64,000 nucleotides of DNA from an uncultured Myxococcales bacterium. Its GTDB lineage: Bacteria; Myxococcota_A; Polyangia; Polyangiales; Houyiibacteriaceae. The position numbers and the translations under genes were made by a program. Under the pieces are notes generated by a model, which was not told where the DNA came from, did not search any database, and saw only the letters and a list, made by a program, of their open reading frames with translations. Numbering within the stretch: position 1 is the first letter of the stretch; each line of letters starts with the position of its first letter. The stretch spans positions 38,843-102,842 of the forward strand of contig CBFCWN010000003.1 in the NCBI GenBank assembly GCA_965601515.1, read 5' to 3'. Below are positions 48,189-56,750 of the stretch, one piece after another.

Positions 48189-50216
48189 TCATGCCTCCGA
48201 CTGCAGGCCGCTCTCGATCGCATGGCGAACCATGCCATCGGTCTCGGCCTCACTTGCCCGTTCGAGGCGTTCGCGAGCGCTCGCGCTATCGAGCTCGAGC
48301 AGAAGCTTCACCGCAAGCATGCGAACGTTCCACGCGGGGTGCTCGAGACCAAGCGCCACGAGAGGCTCGGCGTGGTTCGTGGGCAACGTTCGCGCTGCTC
48401 TAAGGCCCGCCTGGAACATCTCGAGGTTGTCGCTTTCGAGCGCACGGGTGGCCGCCTGTGCCACGACGTCGTCCCTCAGCCATGCGAGCGCGTCAAGCGC
48501 GGCTGCGGCGACGACCGGCTCGTCGTCCTCCAAGAGCTCACGAATCCGCGGGATCGCATTGGAGACGTCGCGCTGTCCGAGCGCGAGTGCCGCTTCGGCC
48601 CGAATCGGCGCAAACGGTGAGTCGAGCGCCGTTTGAAGCGGCATGTTCGCCTCACGCGTGGTCATCTGCCCGAGCGTACGGACCGCAGCGATTTGAACGT
48701 CGATGTCTTCGTCCGCAATCGCGTATCCGATGAGCTCGGCAACATCGGTCGCGTTGGCCATCGCGAGGGCCTGGACGACTGCGCGTCGCGTCCGAGCGTC
48801 GCCGGCGTGGAGACCACGCTTCAGGACGTCGACCGCTCGATCCGAGCCCAGCCGGGACAACACCTGGGCGATATCCGCGCCTCCCGGTCCATCGAGGTCC
48901 GCTGAAGCGAGAGCGGTCTCGACGGCTTCCGGGACCCGAGAGACCAGGAACTCTAAAGCGCTCGTCGCAGCGGCACGGACGGCGAACGACTCGCTGTCGA
49001 GGCACGAAACCAGCGTGCGACAGTCCCTCGGATCGCTCCACCACCGGAGGCTCTCTGCGGCCGCGGCCTTCACCGAGTCCGGCGCATCGATCAGATCGCG
49101 TTCGATTAGCCCGCGAACTCGATCACGAACGGCAGGCGTTACCTCGCTCGAGTAGCGGTCGGTGAGCTCGGCCGCGAGCTCGAGCGCAATCGCCCAAACG
49201 CGCGGCTCACCGGTGTGGAACATCAAGAGTGCGTCCACGAGCTGCGGACCCCAGGTGCGAAGCGCCTCGATGACCTCGGATCCGACGACATCGTCGGCGA
49301 CGGCGTGAAGCACCGCCTCGAGCGAGCTGTCATCGCGGCACAGCACCGCGAGGTACGAAGCACCCTGCCTCGTGGGCGTATCTCCGTGAAGGAGAGATTC
49401 GTGGAGAGCGAGCCGAAAAGAGTCGGTGGAGGCGGCGAGACGCTCGACGATCTCCTCGCGATCCGACTCGGCCTGCTGCGCGAGCGTCGCAATTGCGCGA
49501 AGCGCGGCCGATGAGGTTTGGGGGGATGCATCGGTGGCCAGCTCGAGAAGGAATTCGAGCGCCTGAGGATCGCCGGTGCGCCCTAGGAGCTCCGCAGAGA
49601 TTCGACGCACGATCGCGTCTTCGACCGCGGGCTGAAGCTCCGACCAAGGAACGTGAGTACCGAGCCGCGTCAGCCCCTCGACAATCGAGGTTCGAAGAAA
49701 CAGGTCGCTCGTAGGGAGCCGTTCCATCAAGAGCTCTTCTGAACGCGTTCCGCCGATACAGACCAGCGCCTCGACCGCCGCTGCGGCCGCGTTGGCGTCG
49801 TCCCCACGAAGGATATCCTCGAGATTGGGCACCATCTGTGGGTCGCGCGTCTTCCCCATCGCCTCGACGAGGAACTTCCTACCGCCGGGCTCTGCGCGGT
49901 CACACGCCACGCCAAACCTCTCGGCCTGCCCCTGCGCGATCATGCCGAGAACTTCGATCGCCGCGTTCCGAAGGCCGATGTTGTCGGTGGTTACGACACG
50001 GTCGATGAGTGCGTCGACCAGGCTTTGCTTATCCGAGGTCTGGGCAGCAGCGAGCGCGATCGCCTCACGGCGAACTCGCCAGTCGCTGTCGGACAACGCC
50101 TCGAGCACCTGGGCGAGCGGAGTGCCCTTCGGGTGCAGGCTCATGCGATGAACGGCTTGACGACGGACGTCCGGATCGGCCGAATGAAACGCGCGTTCCA
50201 ACTGATCGCTCTTCAC
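48189..50216 (-). CDS. HEAT-repeat (PBS-lyase-like) protein, 675 aa
   Basis: GTG at 50216 in a GTGA overlap with the cheW stop. Many repeats of the D..VR..A..ALG pattern (DPDVRRQAVHRM, DWRVRREAIALA, SFAVRAAATSAL, DARTRRAVVQAL, DIDVQIAAVRTL, FAPIRAEAALAL, AWNVRMLAVKLL). Confidence 0.85.
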   Translation of the reverse strand: MKSDQLERAFHSADPDVRRQAVHRMSLHPKGTPLAQVLEALSDSDWRVRREAIALAAAQTSDKQSLVDALIDRVVTTDNIGLRNAAIEVLGMIAQGQAERFGVACDRAEPGGRKFLVEAMGKTRDPQMVPNLEDILRGDDANAAAAAVEALVCIGGTRSEELLMERLPTSDLFLRTSIVEGLTRLGTHVPWSELQPAVEDAIVRRISAELLGRTGDPQALEFLLELATDASPQTSSAALRAIATLAQQAESDREEIVERLAASTDSFRLALHESLLHGDTPTRQGASYLAVLCRDDSSLEAVLHAVADDVVGSEVIEALRTWGPQLVDALLMFHTGEPRVWAIALELAAELTDRYSSEVTPAVRDRVRGLIERDLIDAPDSVKAAAAESLRWWSDPRDCRTLVSCLDSESFAVRAAATSALEFLVSRVPEAVETALASADLDGPGGADIAQVLSRLGSDRAVDVLKRGLHAGDARTRRAVVQALAMANATDVAELIGYAIADEDIDVQIAAVRTLGQMTTREANMPLQTALDSPFAPIRAEAALALGQRDVSNAIPRIRELLEDDEPVVAAAALDALAWLRDDVVAQAATRALESDNLEMFQAGLRAARTLPTNHAEPLVALGLEHPAWNVRMLAVKLLLELDSASARERLERASEAETDGMVRHAIESGLQSEA

Positions 50217-50713
50217 GGCGCCTCCGAAGGCAGGACGGAAAGCTCGTTCGCGGGAATCTGCATGGCGGGTTCGGCCAAGCGATCGGGATCGAGCAGGAAC
50301 ACGAGCTGCTTCTGGTGACGATAGGCCGTGGTGATCCCGCGCTCGACGTGACGTTCGTCCAGCACGGGTACGGCGCGCTGCCGGTCCCCTGCCGAGGAGA
50401 ACACGTCGATCACACCATCGACGACGAGGCCGACGAGCCGATGGCGGCTCTCGACGATGATCCACTTGGTCTTCCGCGTCGCGTCGCCCTCGTCGAGCCC
50501 AAAGAAGCGTCGAAGGTCGACGATGGGCACGACCTCTTCTCGGTAGTCGGCAACACCGAGTACGAAGGCCCGCTCATGCGGCAACGCGATCAGCGGAAGC
50601 GGGTTGACGATCTCTCGGATGCGCCCGACTTCAAGCGCATACATCACCCCGCCGATCTCGATCCGAAGGAGGTCTTTGGCCATCGTAGCCCTGTACGCTC
50701 GACCCGCGCTCAC
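50213..50713 (-). CDS. cheW: chemotaxis coupling protein CheW
   Basis: CheW-like domain (YALEVGRIREIV...VLGVADYREEVVPIVDLRRFFG). GTG at 50713 is preceded by GGAGGG; ATG at 50683 is an alternative. Confidence 0.85.
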   Translation of the reverse strand: MSAGRAYRATMAKDLLRIEIGGVMYALEVGRIREIVNPLPLIALPHERAFVLGVADYREEVVPIVDLRRFFGLDEGDATRKTKWIIVESRHRLVGLVVDGVIDVFSSAGDRQRAVPVLDERHVERGITTAYRHQKQLVFLLDPDRLAEPAMQIPANELSVLPSEAP

Positions 50714-50714
50714 C

Positions 50715-51206
50715 CTACCCTCCCAGCAGCGAAACGGGGTCAATGAGAATGATCATCTCGTCCTCCGCGTCTTTGTCTGAGGATGTGATTCGACCGACGC
50801 CCACGACGTAGTCGGAAAGCTCGGCGCTCATGCTGCTCGCATACTCGATCTGCGCGGGCTCCATCCGGTAGACCTGGATGACGCTGTCGACCGCCACGCC
50901 GATGAGCTCGCTTTCGTTGTCGATGAGAATGACTCGGCCATACGGAACGACCTGCTCCGCCTGAAGGTTGAGCGTCTTCGGCAGATCGAGCAGCGTGACG
51001 ATTTGCCCGCGAACCGAAATCACCCCGAGGACGGCATCGGGTGCGCGCGGAACCTCTGCGATGGGAGGCGCCACGAGGATCTCGCGCACCGACGAAAGCG
51101 GAAAACCATAGACCTCTTCGCCGGCGCGGACGGCGAGCACAGGCACGGCGCCCGTATCGCTGGTTGGGTCCGGCGTGAGGGTGGCGCGTTCGGTCGTCGC
51201 ACTCAT
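50715..51206 (-). CDS. cheW: chemotaxis coupling protein CheW (second copy)
   Basis: 163 aa. EVYGFPLSSVREIL...VLGVISVRGQIVTLLDL. ATGA overlap with the cheA stop. Confidence 0.88.
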   Translation of the reverse strand: MSATTERATLTPDPTSDTGAVPVLAVRAGEEVYGFPLSSVREILVAPPIAEVPRAPDAVLGVISVRGQIVTLLDLPKTLNLQAEQVVPYGRVILIDNESELIGVAVDSVIQVYRMEPAQIEYASSMSAELSDYVVGVGRITSSDKDAEDEMIILIDPVSLLGG

Positions 51207-53275
51207 GGTCGCGACTCCAGCGTCCGCAGCGCGTCAGGGCCTTCGAAATACTCGCTGAACAGTGCCGGAGCATCGAGCACGAGCGCTACCTTCTTGTCCC
51301 CGATGTCCGTGGCCCCGGCGAAGCCTTTGACCGAAGACAGACTCTTGCCAAGCGACTTGATGATCACGTCTTCTTGGCCATGCAGCTCATCCACGACGAA
51401 ACCGAGCTCACGGTTGCCCATCGCGCCGACGACGACGAACCCTCCATCCTCGGGTGGGGAGTCGCGAAAGCCGAACAGCTGCGCGAGGTCACAAATCGCA
51501 AGCGTCTCGCCGCGAAGGCTGATGACTTCGCGACCTTGGATGGTCTTCACTTCGCTACGGGTGTAGGGAATCGCCTCACGGACCGCTGTGATCGGCAGCG
51601 CAAACGTCCGCGACGCAACGGTCACGATGAGTGCGCGAATGATCGCGAGGGTGATCGGCAACGTGATGGTGATCTTCGTGCCGATGTCCTCTTCGCTAGC
51701 GATGGAAATCATGCCGCCCATGCGAAGGATGTTGGTCTTGACGACGTCCATCCCGACCCCCCGACCGGAAAGATCGGTCACCTGACCGCTCGTACTGAGG
51801 CCCGGAAGAAACACCAGGTTGAGCAGCTCCTGGCGCGTAAGCTCCTGACTGACGTCGGAGGAGAGCAGTCCTCGCGACACCGCAGTGTCGCGAAGCTTGT
51901 AGACGTTCATCCCGCCTCCGTCGTCCTCGACCTCGATGACGACGTTGCTCCCCTTATGGTAGGCATTGAGCGCAAGGGTGCCCTCGGAGCGCTTGCCGGT
52001 CCTGTCGCGAGTATCGGGGGCCTCGATGCCATGGTCGATGGCGTTTCTCACGAGGTGCATCAGCGGGTCGGTCAGCTCTTCGACGATGAGCTTGTCGACC
52101 TCGGTGTCCGCTCCAGTCACTACGAGCCGCACCTGCTTGTCATGCTCTCGCGCGGCCTGGCGAACGATTCGCGCAAGCTTGTTGAACACCTGGCCGAGCG
52201 GGACCATGCGAACGTCGAGAATGCCGGTTCGAAGCTCGGAGAGCTGGCGTTCGAATGTTCTGCCGATTCGGTCGAGGTCCATCATCGACTGCCGGTAGAC
52301 CGTCTCCCCCTGCAGATGGTCGACGACACGAGTGACGGCGCTTCGCACGAGGGCGAGCTCGCCGACGACGTTCATCAGATGGTCGAGTTTGCGAATGTCG
52401 ACACGAACTGAGTCAGCGACGGAACGGATCGACGCCTGCATGCTGTCGTCCTCGGAGGGTGTCCGAATACTTGCGGCGGGAGCCGGAATCGACGTTTGGT
52501 GCGGAGGCAACGTCGGGAGGTGCGTCCGCTCTTCGATCGGCTCGATGGTCCCGTAGCGGGCCTCGAACTGAGCCTTGAGCTCGCCTACGGGCACGCGGCT
52601 AGCCAGTAGAACGACCAACTCGATCGTGTCTTCGTTTCCGCCTTCCATGCTGGGCAGGTAGGTGATGATCTCGGCGTCCTCCTGCGCATCGTCCCGCAGG
52701 CGCTCGATCGAATCGTCGATCGCGGCAAGCTCGAAGGCGGCTCGAAGTCGATAGAGCAGCAGGCCCTCGCGGATGCATGCGCGGAGCCGATGCTCCTCGT
52801 ACTCGGTGAGAACCGCGAGCACCTCGGGTTCGATGGCGTATCTGTCGAGCGGATCGCCTTCGGGCGCCGAAGGCCCGACGCCGACCGCCCGAATCGCCGC
52901 GAGGTAGTCGTGCACGCTCCCGTCTTCCACGGCCGACTGCGGGTCTTCGCGTGAGAGCAGTCGCTGAAAACGCTCGACGGAGTCGAACAGCACGTCGAGC
53001 AGCTCCTGGTTGACCACCGTCCGACCGAGTCGAAGATCGTCGAGAAGGTCTTCGAGGGCATGAGCCACGGCACCGACGTGCTGGTAGCCAAACATCCCCG
53101 CAATGCCCTTGAGCGTATGAACGCTTCGGAAAATTTCGTTGATCAGGGCCGGCTCGATGCGCTCACCCCGATGGTGCGCTTCATCCAGTAGCAACAGGTC
53201 GCGCGACAACGACTCGACGAGCTCTTGCGCTTCGGCCAAGAACTCCTGCTGTACGTTGTCCCGCGGATCGCTCAC
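51203..53275 (-). CDS. cheA: chemotaxis histidine kinase CheA
   Basis: 690 aa. Hpt (FRSVHTLKGIAGMFG), dimerisation region, HATPase (HLVRNAIDHGIE, DDGGGM, GRGVGMDVV) and a C-terminal CheW-like domain. GTG start in a GTGA overlap with cheY. Confidence 0.95.
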   Translation of the reverse strand: MSDPRDNVQQEFLAEAQELVESLSRDLLLLDEAHHRGERIEPALINEIFRSVHTLKGIAGMFGYQHVGAVAHALEDLLDDLRLGRTVVNQELLDVLFDSVERFQRLLSREDPQSAVEDGSVHDYLAAIRAVGVGPSAPEGDPLDRYAIEPEVLAVLTEYEEHRLRACIREGLLLYRLRAAFELAAIDDSIERLRDDAQEDAEIITYLPSMEGGNEDTIELVVLLASRVPVGELKAQFEARYGTIEPIEERTHLPTLPPHQTSIPAPAASIRTPSEDDSMQASIRSVADSVRVDIRKLDHLMNVVGELALVRSAVTRVVDHLQGETVYRQSMMDLDRIGRTFERQLSELRTGILDVRMVPLGQVFNKLARIVRQAAREHDKQVRLVVTGADTEVDKLIVEELTDPLMHLVRNAIDHGIEAPDTRDRTGKRSEGTLALNAYHKGSNVVIEVEDDGGGMNVYKLRDTAVSRGLLSSDVSQELTRQELLNLVFLPGLSTSGQVTDLSGRGVGMDVVKTNILRMGGMISIASEEDIGTKITITLPITLAIIRALIVTVASRTFALPITAVREAIPYTRSEVKTIQGREVISLRGETLAICDLAQLFGFRDSPPEDGGFVVVGAMGNRELGFVVDELHGQEDVIIKSLGKSLSSVKGFAGATDIGDKKVALVLDAPALFSEYFEGPDALRTLESRP

Positions 53276-53661
53276 CGAGACGCCTCCTCGGCCCCCGCCA
53301 GGAGCTCGCGGACGAGTGCCCTCAGCTCCTCCACCTCGAAGGGCTTCCTCAGGAATGCGTCCGCGCCGAGCTCGAGACCCCGCTGCGTGTCGACCTTCCC
53401 CACCTCGGTGCTGATGAGAATGCGCCGCGCAGCCTGCTGCCGTGGGCTCTTCTGCATGAACCCGAGGAGCTCGAGCCCGTTGATGTCGGGCATGTTGACG
53501 TCGACGATGACGATGTCGAACGCGTTGGCTGCCAACAGGCGAAGCGCTTCAAAGCCGGTCTCGGCTTCTTCCACCCGTGCGAAACCACGCTCTTCGAGCG
53601 ACGCACGGACGAACGCGCGCACGGCGCTACTGTCATCCACAATGAGAGCGTGAAGTGCCAC
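53272..53661 (-). CDS. cheY: chemotaxis response regulator CheY
   Basis: 129 aa. IVDDS, VIVDVNMPDINGLE, ISTE, LRKPF. Confidence 0.9.
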   Translation of the reverse strand: MALHALIVDDSSAVRAFVRASLEERGFARVEEAETGFEALRLLAANAFDIVIVDVNMPDINGLELLGFMQKSPRQQAARRILISTEVGKVDTQRGLELGADAFLRKPFEVEELRALVRELLAGAEEASR

Positions 53662-53711
53662 TGGATCCCCCCGCCTTCATGGTAACAGAGCAATCGCGCG
53701 AGGGACGCGTT

Positions 53712-54059
53712 CTATTCACGCCAGAACGAGCGCGATTTCGGGTCCTCCGGAACACAGGATGAACAGCTGCACAGGCGGCGAAGGAAACGATGGCTGTAGA
53801 TCCCCGTCTGGTGACCATCTCGCCAAGCCAATCGCAGCGCGTAGTTGCCGACGGTTTCGATGTTGCTGAGCTCCAGATCGCCACCCTCCACGAATGCGAT
53901 GGGGCCCTCGTGTCCCTGACACTGAGCGCAGGGGCAGTAGCCCCGAAGGATCTCGTGCGGGTACACGCTGCGGTGACCATCCGACCAGTCGATCTCCATC
54001 ACACGCGCACCGTGCGGCGCTCTGAGTTCAACGGGGTACGGTGCGTCTTCAGCGCTCAT
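53712..54059 (-). CDS. DUF971 domain protein (gamma-butyrobetaine-hydroxylase N-terminal-like, Zn-Cys)
   Basis: 115 aa. MEIDWSDGHRSVYPHEILRGYCPCAQCQGH...RLAWRDGHQTGIYS..FLR. ATGA overlap with the recO stop. The track's N-terminal extension was rejected. Confidence 0.75.
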   Translation of the reverse strand: MSAEDAPYPVELRAPHGARVMEIDWSDGHRSVYPHEILRGYCPCAQCQGHEGPIAFVEGGDLELSNIETVGNYALRLAWRDGHQTGIYSHRFLRRLCSCSSCVPEDPKSRSFWRE

Positions 54060-54811
54060 GATCGACCTTCCCAGCGGCCCGCTGCCGTCCCGGTTCGTTC
54101 CCGAACGGCGGTGGTCGCGTGCAGCGCATCGAGCTGATCGAGCGCATCGTGAATCTGTTCTCGCTCGGGCTCCGGCCAGGGCGTTTCGGGATACTCCACC
54201 GTCGACTGAACCGCAGCCCAACGCAACAGCGAACCGGACGAAAGAACCAGGCGCCCTCCACCGCACGCTCGACAGACGATGCCGCCGCGGGCAGCGTCGA
54301 ACGACGCAGCACGTCCCGGGGCCGGTATCTTCCCGCAGGCGACGCACTGGTCGAGGGTCGGTGCGAAGCCGAGAACATTGAGCACCCTGATTTGCAGCGA
54401 GAGAAGACACTCCTCGGGCGGCGCTCCTTCATGAAGCGCGTCGAGAAATCGCACGGCGGCGTCGAAGACGAGCGGCTCCGGCTCGTGGTCCGGGACGCGC
54501 TCACGGATCACGGCCATCGCTGCTCCCGCGGCGCCAATGGCGTCGAGGCTCTGGAGGATGCCGTGAAACGAACGCTCGACCGAAACGCGCTCGAGATGCG
54601 AAAGCTCGCCACGCCCAGGACGGAACTCCGCATGCATCAGCACATAGGGTTGAAGCGCACCACCGAAGCGTCGTTGGCTGCGACGGGCTCCCCGTGCGAA
54701 GGCGGACATCTTCCCCTCGTCTTCGGTCAGGAGCGTGACGATCCGATCGGAGTCGCGGTAGTCGACGGATCGCAATAGGAGCGCTCGACTTTGGCGGCTT
54801 CGACTTGGCAC
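54056..54811 (-). CDS. recO: DNA repair protein RecO
   Basis: 251 aa. ALLLRSVDYRDSDRIVTLLTEDEGK OB-fold start and the zinc motif CVACG...CRACG. Confidence 0.88.
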   Translation of the reverse strand: MPSRSRQSRALLLRSVDYRDSDRIVTLLTEDEGKMSAFARGARRSQRRFGGALQPYVLMHAEFRPGRGELSHLERVSVERSFHGILQSLDAIGAAGAAMAVIRERVPDHEPEPLVFDAAVRFLDALHEGAPPEECLLSLQIRVLNVLGFAPTLDQCVACGKIPAPGRAASFDAARGGIVCRACGGGRLVLSSGSLLRWAAVQSTVEYPETPWPEPEREQIHDALDQLDALHATTAVRERTGTAAGRWEGRS

Positions 54812-55218
54812 GGCTGCGCGGAGCTTAGCTCAATCGGATCGCGCTGTGCAGGCGCGCGCCGCACGAGAGCAAAGGTCGCGACGATGATCGCGAAGAGCGC
54901 TGCCATCCCCAAAGCCAGTAGGATCGCGCCGTATCCGCGCCTGTGCTCGACGGAAGCAAGCGGAGGAGGCGCTGCGCTCGTCGGTTGCTCCTCGTCGAAA
55001 CGGGCGAGGACCTCGTCCGCATCGATGTCCACGGCAGACGCATACGCCTTGATGAACCCGCGTACGAACACGCCGCTCGGTAAGTCTTCGAAGCGATCCT
55101 GTTCGAGGCTCTCGAGAGCCTTGCGCGGAATGCGTGTGGTGCTGGAGAGCTCCTCAATGGAGACGCGCCGCTCTTCACGCTCCTGCTTGAGCACACGACC
55201 GATGGAGTCACGACTCAT
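54727..55218 (-). CDS. RodZ-like helix-turn-helix membrane protein
   Basis: ATG at 55218 in an ATGA overlap with the TPR gene. N-terminal HTH (IGRVLKQEREERRVSIEELSSTTRIPRKALESLE, GFIKAYA) and one TM helix (ILLALGMAALFAIIVATFAL). The 3' end overlaps recO by 85 nt. Confidence 0.7.
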   Translation of the reverse strand: MSRDSIGRVLKQEREERRVSIEELSSTTRIPRKALESLEQDRFEDLPSGVFVRGFIKAYASAVDIDADEVLARFDEEQPTSAAPPPLASVEHRRGYGAILLALGMAALFAIIVATFALVRRAPAQRDPIELSSAQPCQVEAAKVERSYCDPSTTATPIGSSRS

Positions 55219-56006
55219 CGCGACATCCCCAGCAGCGACTGACACATGCGCCCGTCGTTCGAGTACGGGTCGAGCTCGACGCACCGTTCGAGATCGGCGA
55301 TGGCATCGCGACGATGGCCAAGCCGCGCGCGAACTTCGCCGCGAAGACGCCAGGCGCCTTGAAGCTGGCGACTTTCGCTACACGACGGATCGGCGTCGAG
55401 CGCACTCACGAGGGCGCGTTCGGCATCCTTCAGCTGTTGCATCTGCCAAAGAGCCTGACCCATGGTGTAGTACCCGACGCAAAACCTTGGCTGTAGCCGA
55501 ACCGCCTCCATCGTGGACTTGACGGTTTCTTGGTATTCGCCGAGACGAAACTGCGCCAGGCCGAGGTTGCCCCATGCGAGGTGTGGCGCGGTGTTCAGCT
55601 CGTCGGTCGCGGACGCGCGGAGCACCTCGACGGCCTCGTCGTATCGGTCGAGCTCCATCAGGCATACGCCGTAGATGTTTCTCGCCTCCGCGAGCATCGA
55701 GCCGTCGCGCTGCTGCTTTTCGAGCAGCTCGATCCCGGTGCTCAGATGCTGCTCCGCGCTGGGGTAGTCCGCGCGCTCCATCTGGATGAATCCAAGAAGC
55801 AGGTGGGCCTCCGCGTTGGTCGAATCGAGCTCGATCGCCTTGCGGAGGTGTGTGATCGCGCCGGCCGTCTGCCCTTCGTCGCGAAGCCCCGCGGCCAGCT
55901 GAAACTCCTTGATCGAGCGTTCACTATCCGGAGTTCCCGACGTCGAGGTCGTTGCACAGCCCAAACAGAGGAGTGCGCAGACGACCCATCCCCACAATCT
56001 AACCAC
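55215..56006 (-). CDS. tetratricopeptide-repeat lipoprotein
   Basis: Lipobox LLCLGC plus several TPR units (AITHLRKAIELDSTNAEAHLLLG etc.). Confidence 0.8.
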   Translation of the reverse strand: MVRLWGWVVCALLCLGCATTSTSGTPDSERSIKEFQLAAGLRDEGQTAGAITHLRKAIELDSTNAEAHLLLGFIQMERADYPSAEQHLSTGIELLEKQQRDGSMLAEARNIYGVCLMELDRYDEAVEVLRASATDELNTAPHLAWGNLGLAQFRLGEYQETVKSTMEAVRLQPRFCVGYYTMGQALWQMQQLKDAERALVSALDADPSCSESRQLQGAWRLRGEVRARLGHRRDAIADLERCVELDPYSNDGRMCQSLLGMSR

Positions 56007-56057
56007 GTCCTGGGTCTACTTAGCCCCGCGAGCCGGGTCAAGAACCGTGGTGTCGGA

Positions 56058-56711
56058 TTACCGACAGTCGAGCGCGTGCCGGACGTCCTCCTTCAAGCCG
56101 AGCAACCCCTGAAGAGCGCGCAGCGGCGCCCGATCCGCAATAGTAACCGACTGTTCGCCGAGCTCGACGTAGCCTCGATCGCGCAGCTGACCTAGCACCG
56201 CCTTCACCGGATCGAGGTCCAGTCCAGTTCGATCGGATAATTCGAGTAGCGAAAATGAGAACGTGTTTGCCCCGTTTGCATCGAGTGCCTGGAGGAGCGT
56301 GTTCAGTACCCGGAGCGTGGGGTCGGAGGTCCGCGCGCTCTCGATCTGCTCTTCGGTGCGCCGGAGCCGCTCGACCAGCTGCTGCATCACCGCATCGGCG
56401 AGCGCGGGCCTCTTCCGGGTAAGTGCGCGGAAAGTGTCGCTTTCGATGACGAGCGCCGTCACGGGTTCGATGGCCTCTGCCGTCGCGGTACGATGTGCCC
56501 CCTCGACCAGCGCCTCTTCACCCACGAGGTCGCCCGCATCAAACACCCCGGTCGTGCGCTCCACGCCGCGCGAGCGTTTCCACAGCCGGACGCGACCCTC
56601 GCGAATGAGGTACAGCGACTCGGCCGGGGCTCCCGCGTAGTAGAGCGTCGTGCCCGCCGGAAAGCTTCGGTAGAAGTCCTCTACCGAGAGCTCGTCGTTC
56701 GAATCGGCCAT
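56058..56711 (-). CDS. Crp/Fnr-family transcriptional regulator (cNMP-binding + HTH)
   Basis: cNMP-binding barrel (LYLIREGRVRLW...GDLVGEEAL...RTATAEA) and a C-terminal wHTH. The start is ATG 56711 or TTG 56747. Confidence 0.8.
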   Translation of the reverse strand: MADSNDELSVEDFYRSFPAGTTLYYAGAPAESLYLIREGRVRLWKRSRGVERTTGVFDAGDLVGEEALVEGAHRTATAEAIEPVTALVIESDTFRALTRKRPALADAVMQQLVERLRRTEEQIESARTSDPTLRVLNTLLQALDANGANTFSFSLLELSDRTGLDLDPVKAVLGQLRDRGYVELGEQSVTIADRAPLRALQGLLGLKEDVRHALDCR

Positions 56712-56750
56712 CTTATCTAGGTACCGCACGGGCTGTCGGCGGAGCAACCG

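Noticed and set aside
46236-50465. Long N-terminal extensions of track ORFs: cheB as 506 aa, cheR as 316 aa, HEAT as 758 aa. The same applies to 59628..61112 (sigma as 494 aa) and 53712..54410 (DUF971 as 232 aa).
   Set aside because: The extensions overlap the upstream gene by hundreds of nt and are Arg/Ser/Pro-rich nonsense. In-frame GTG or ATG starts exist that form ATGA/GTGA junctions with the upstream stop and have an SD sequence.
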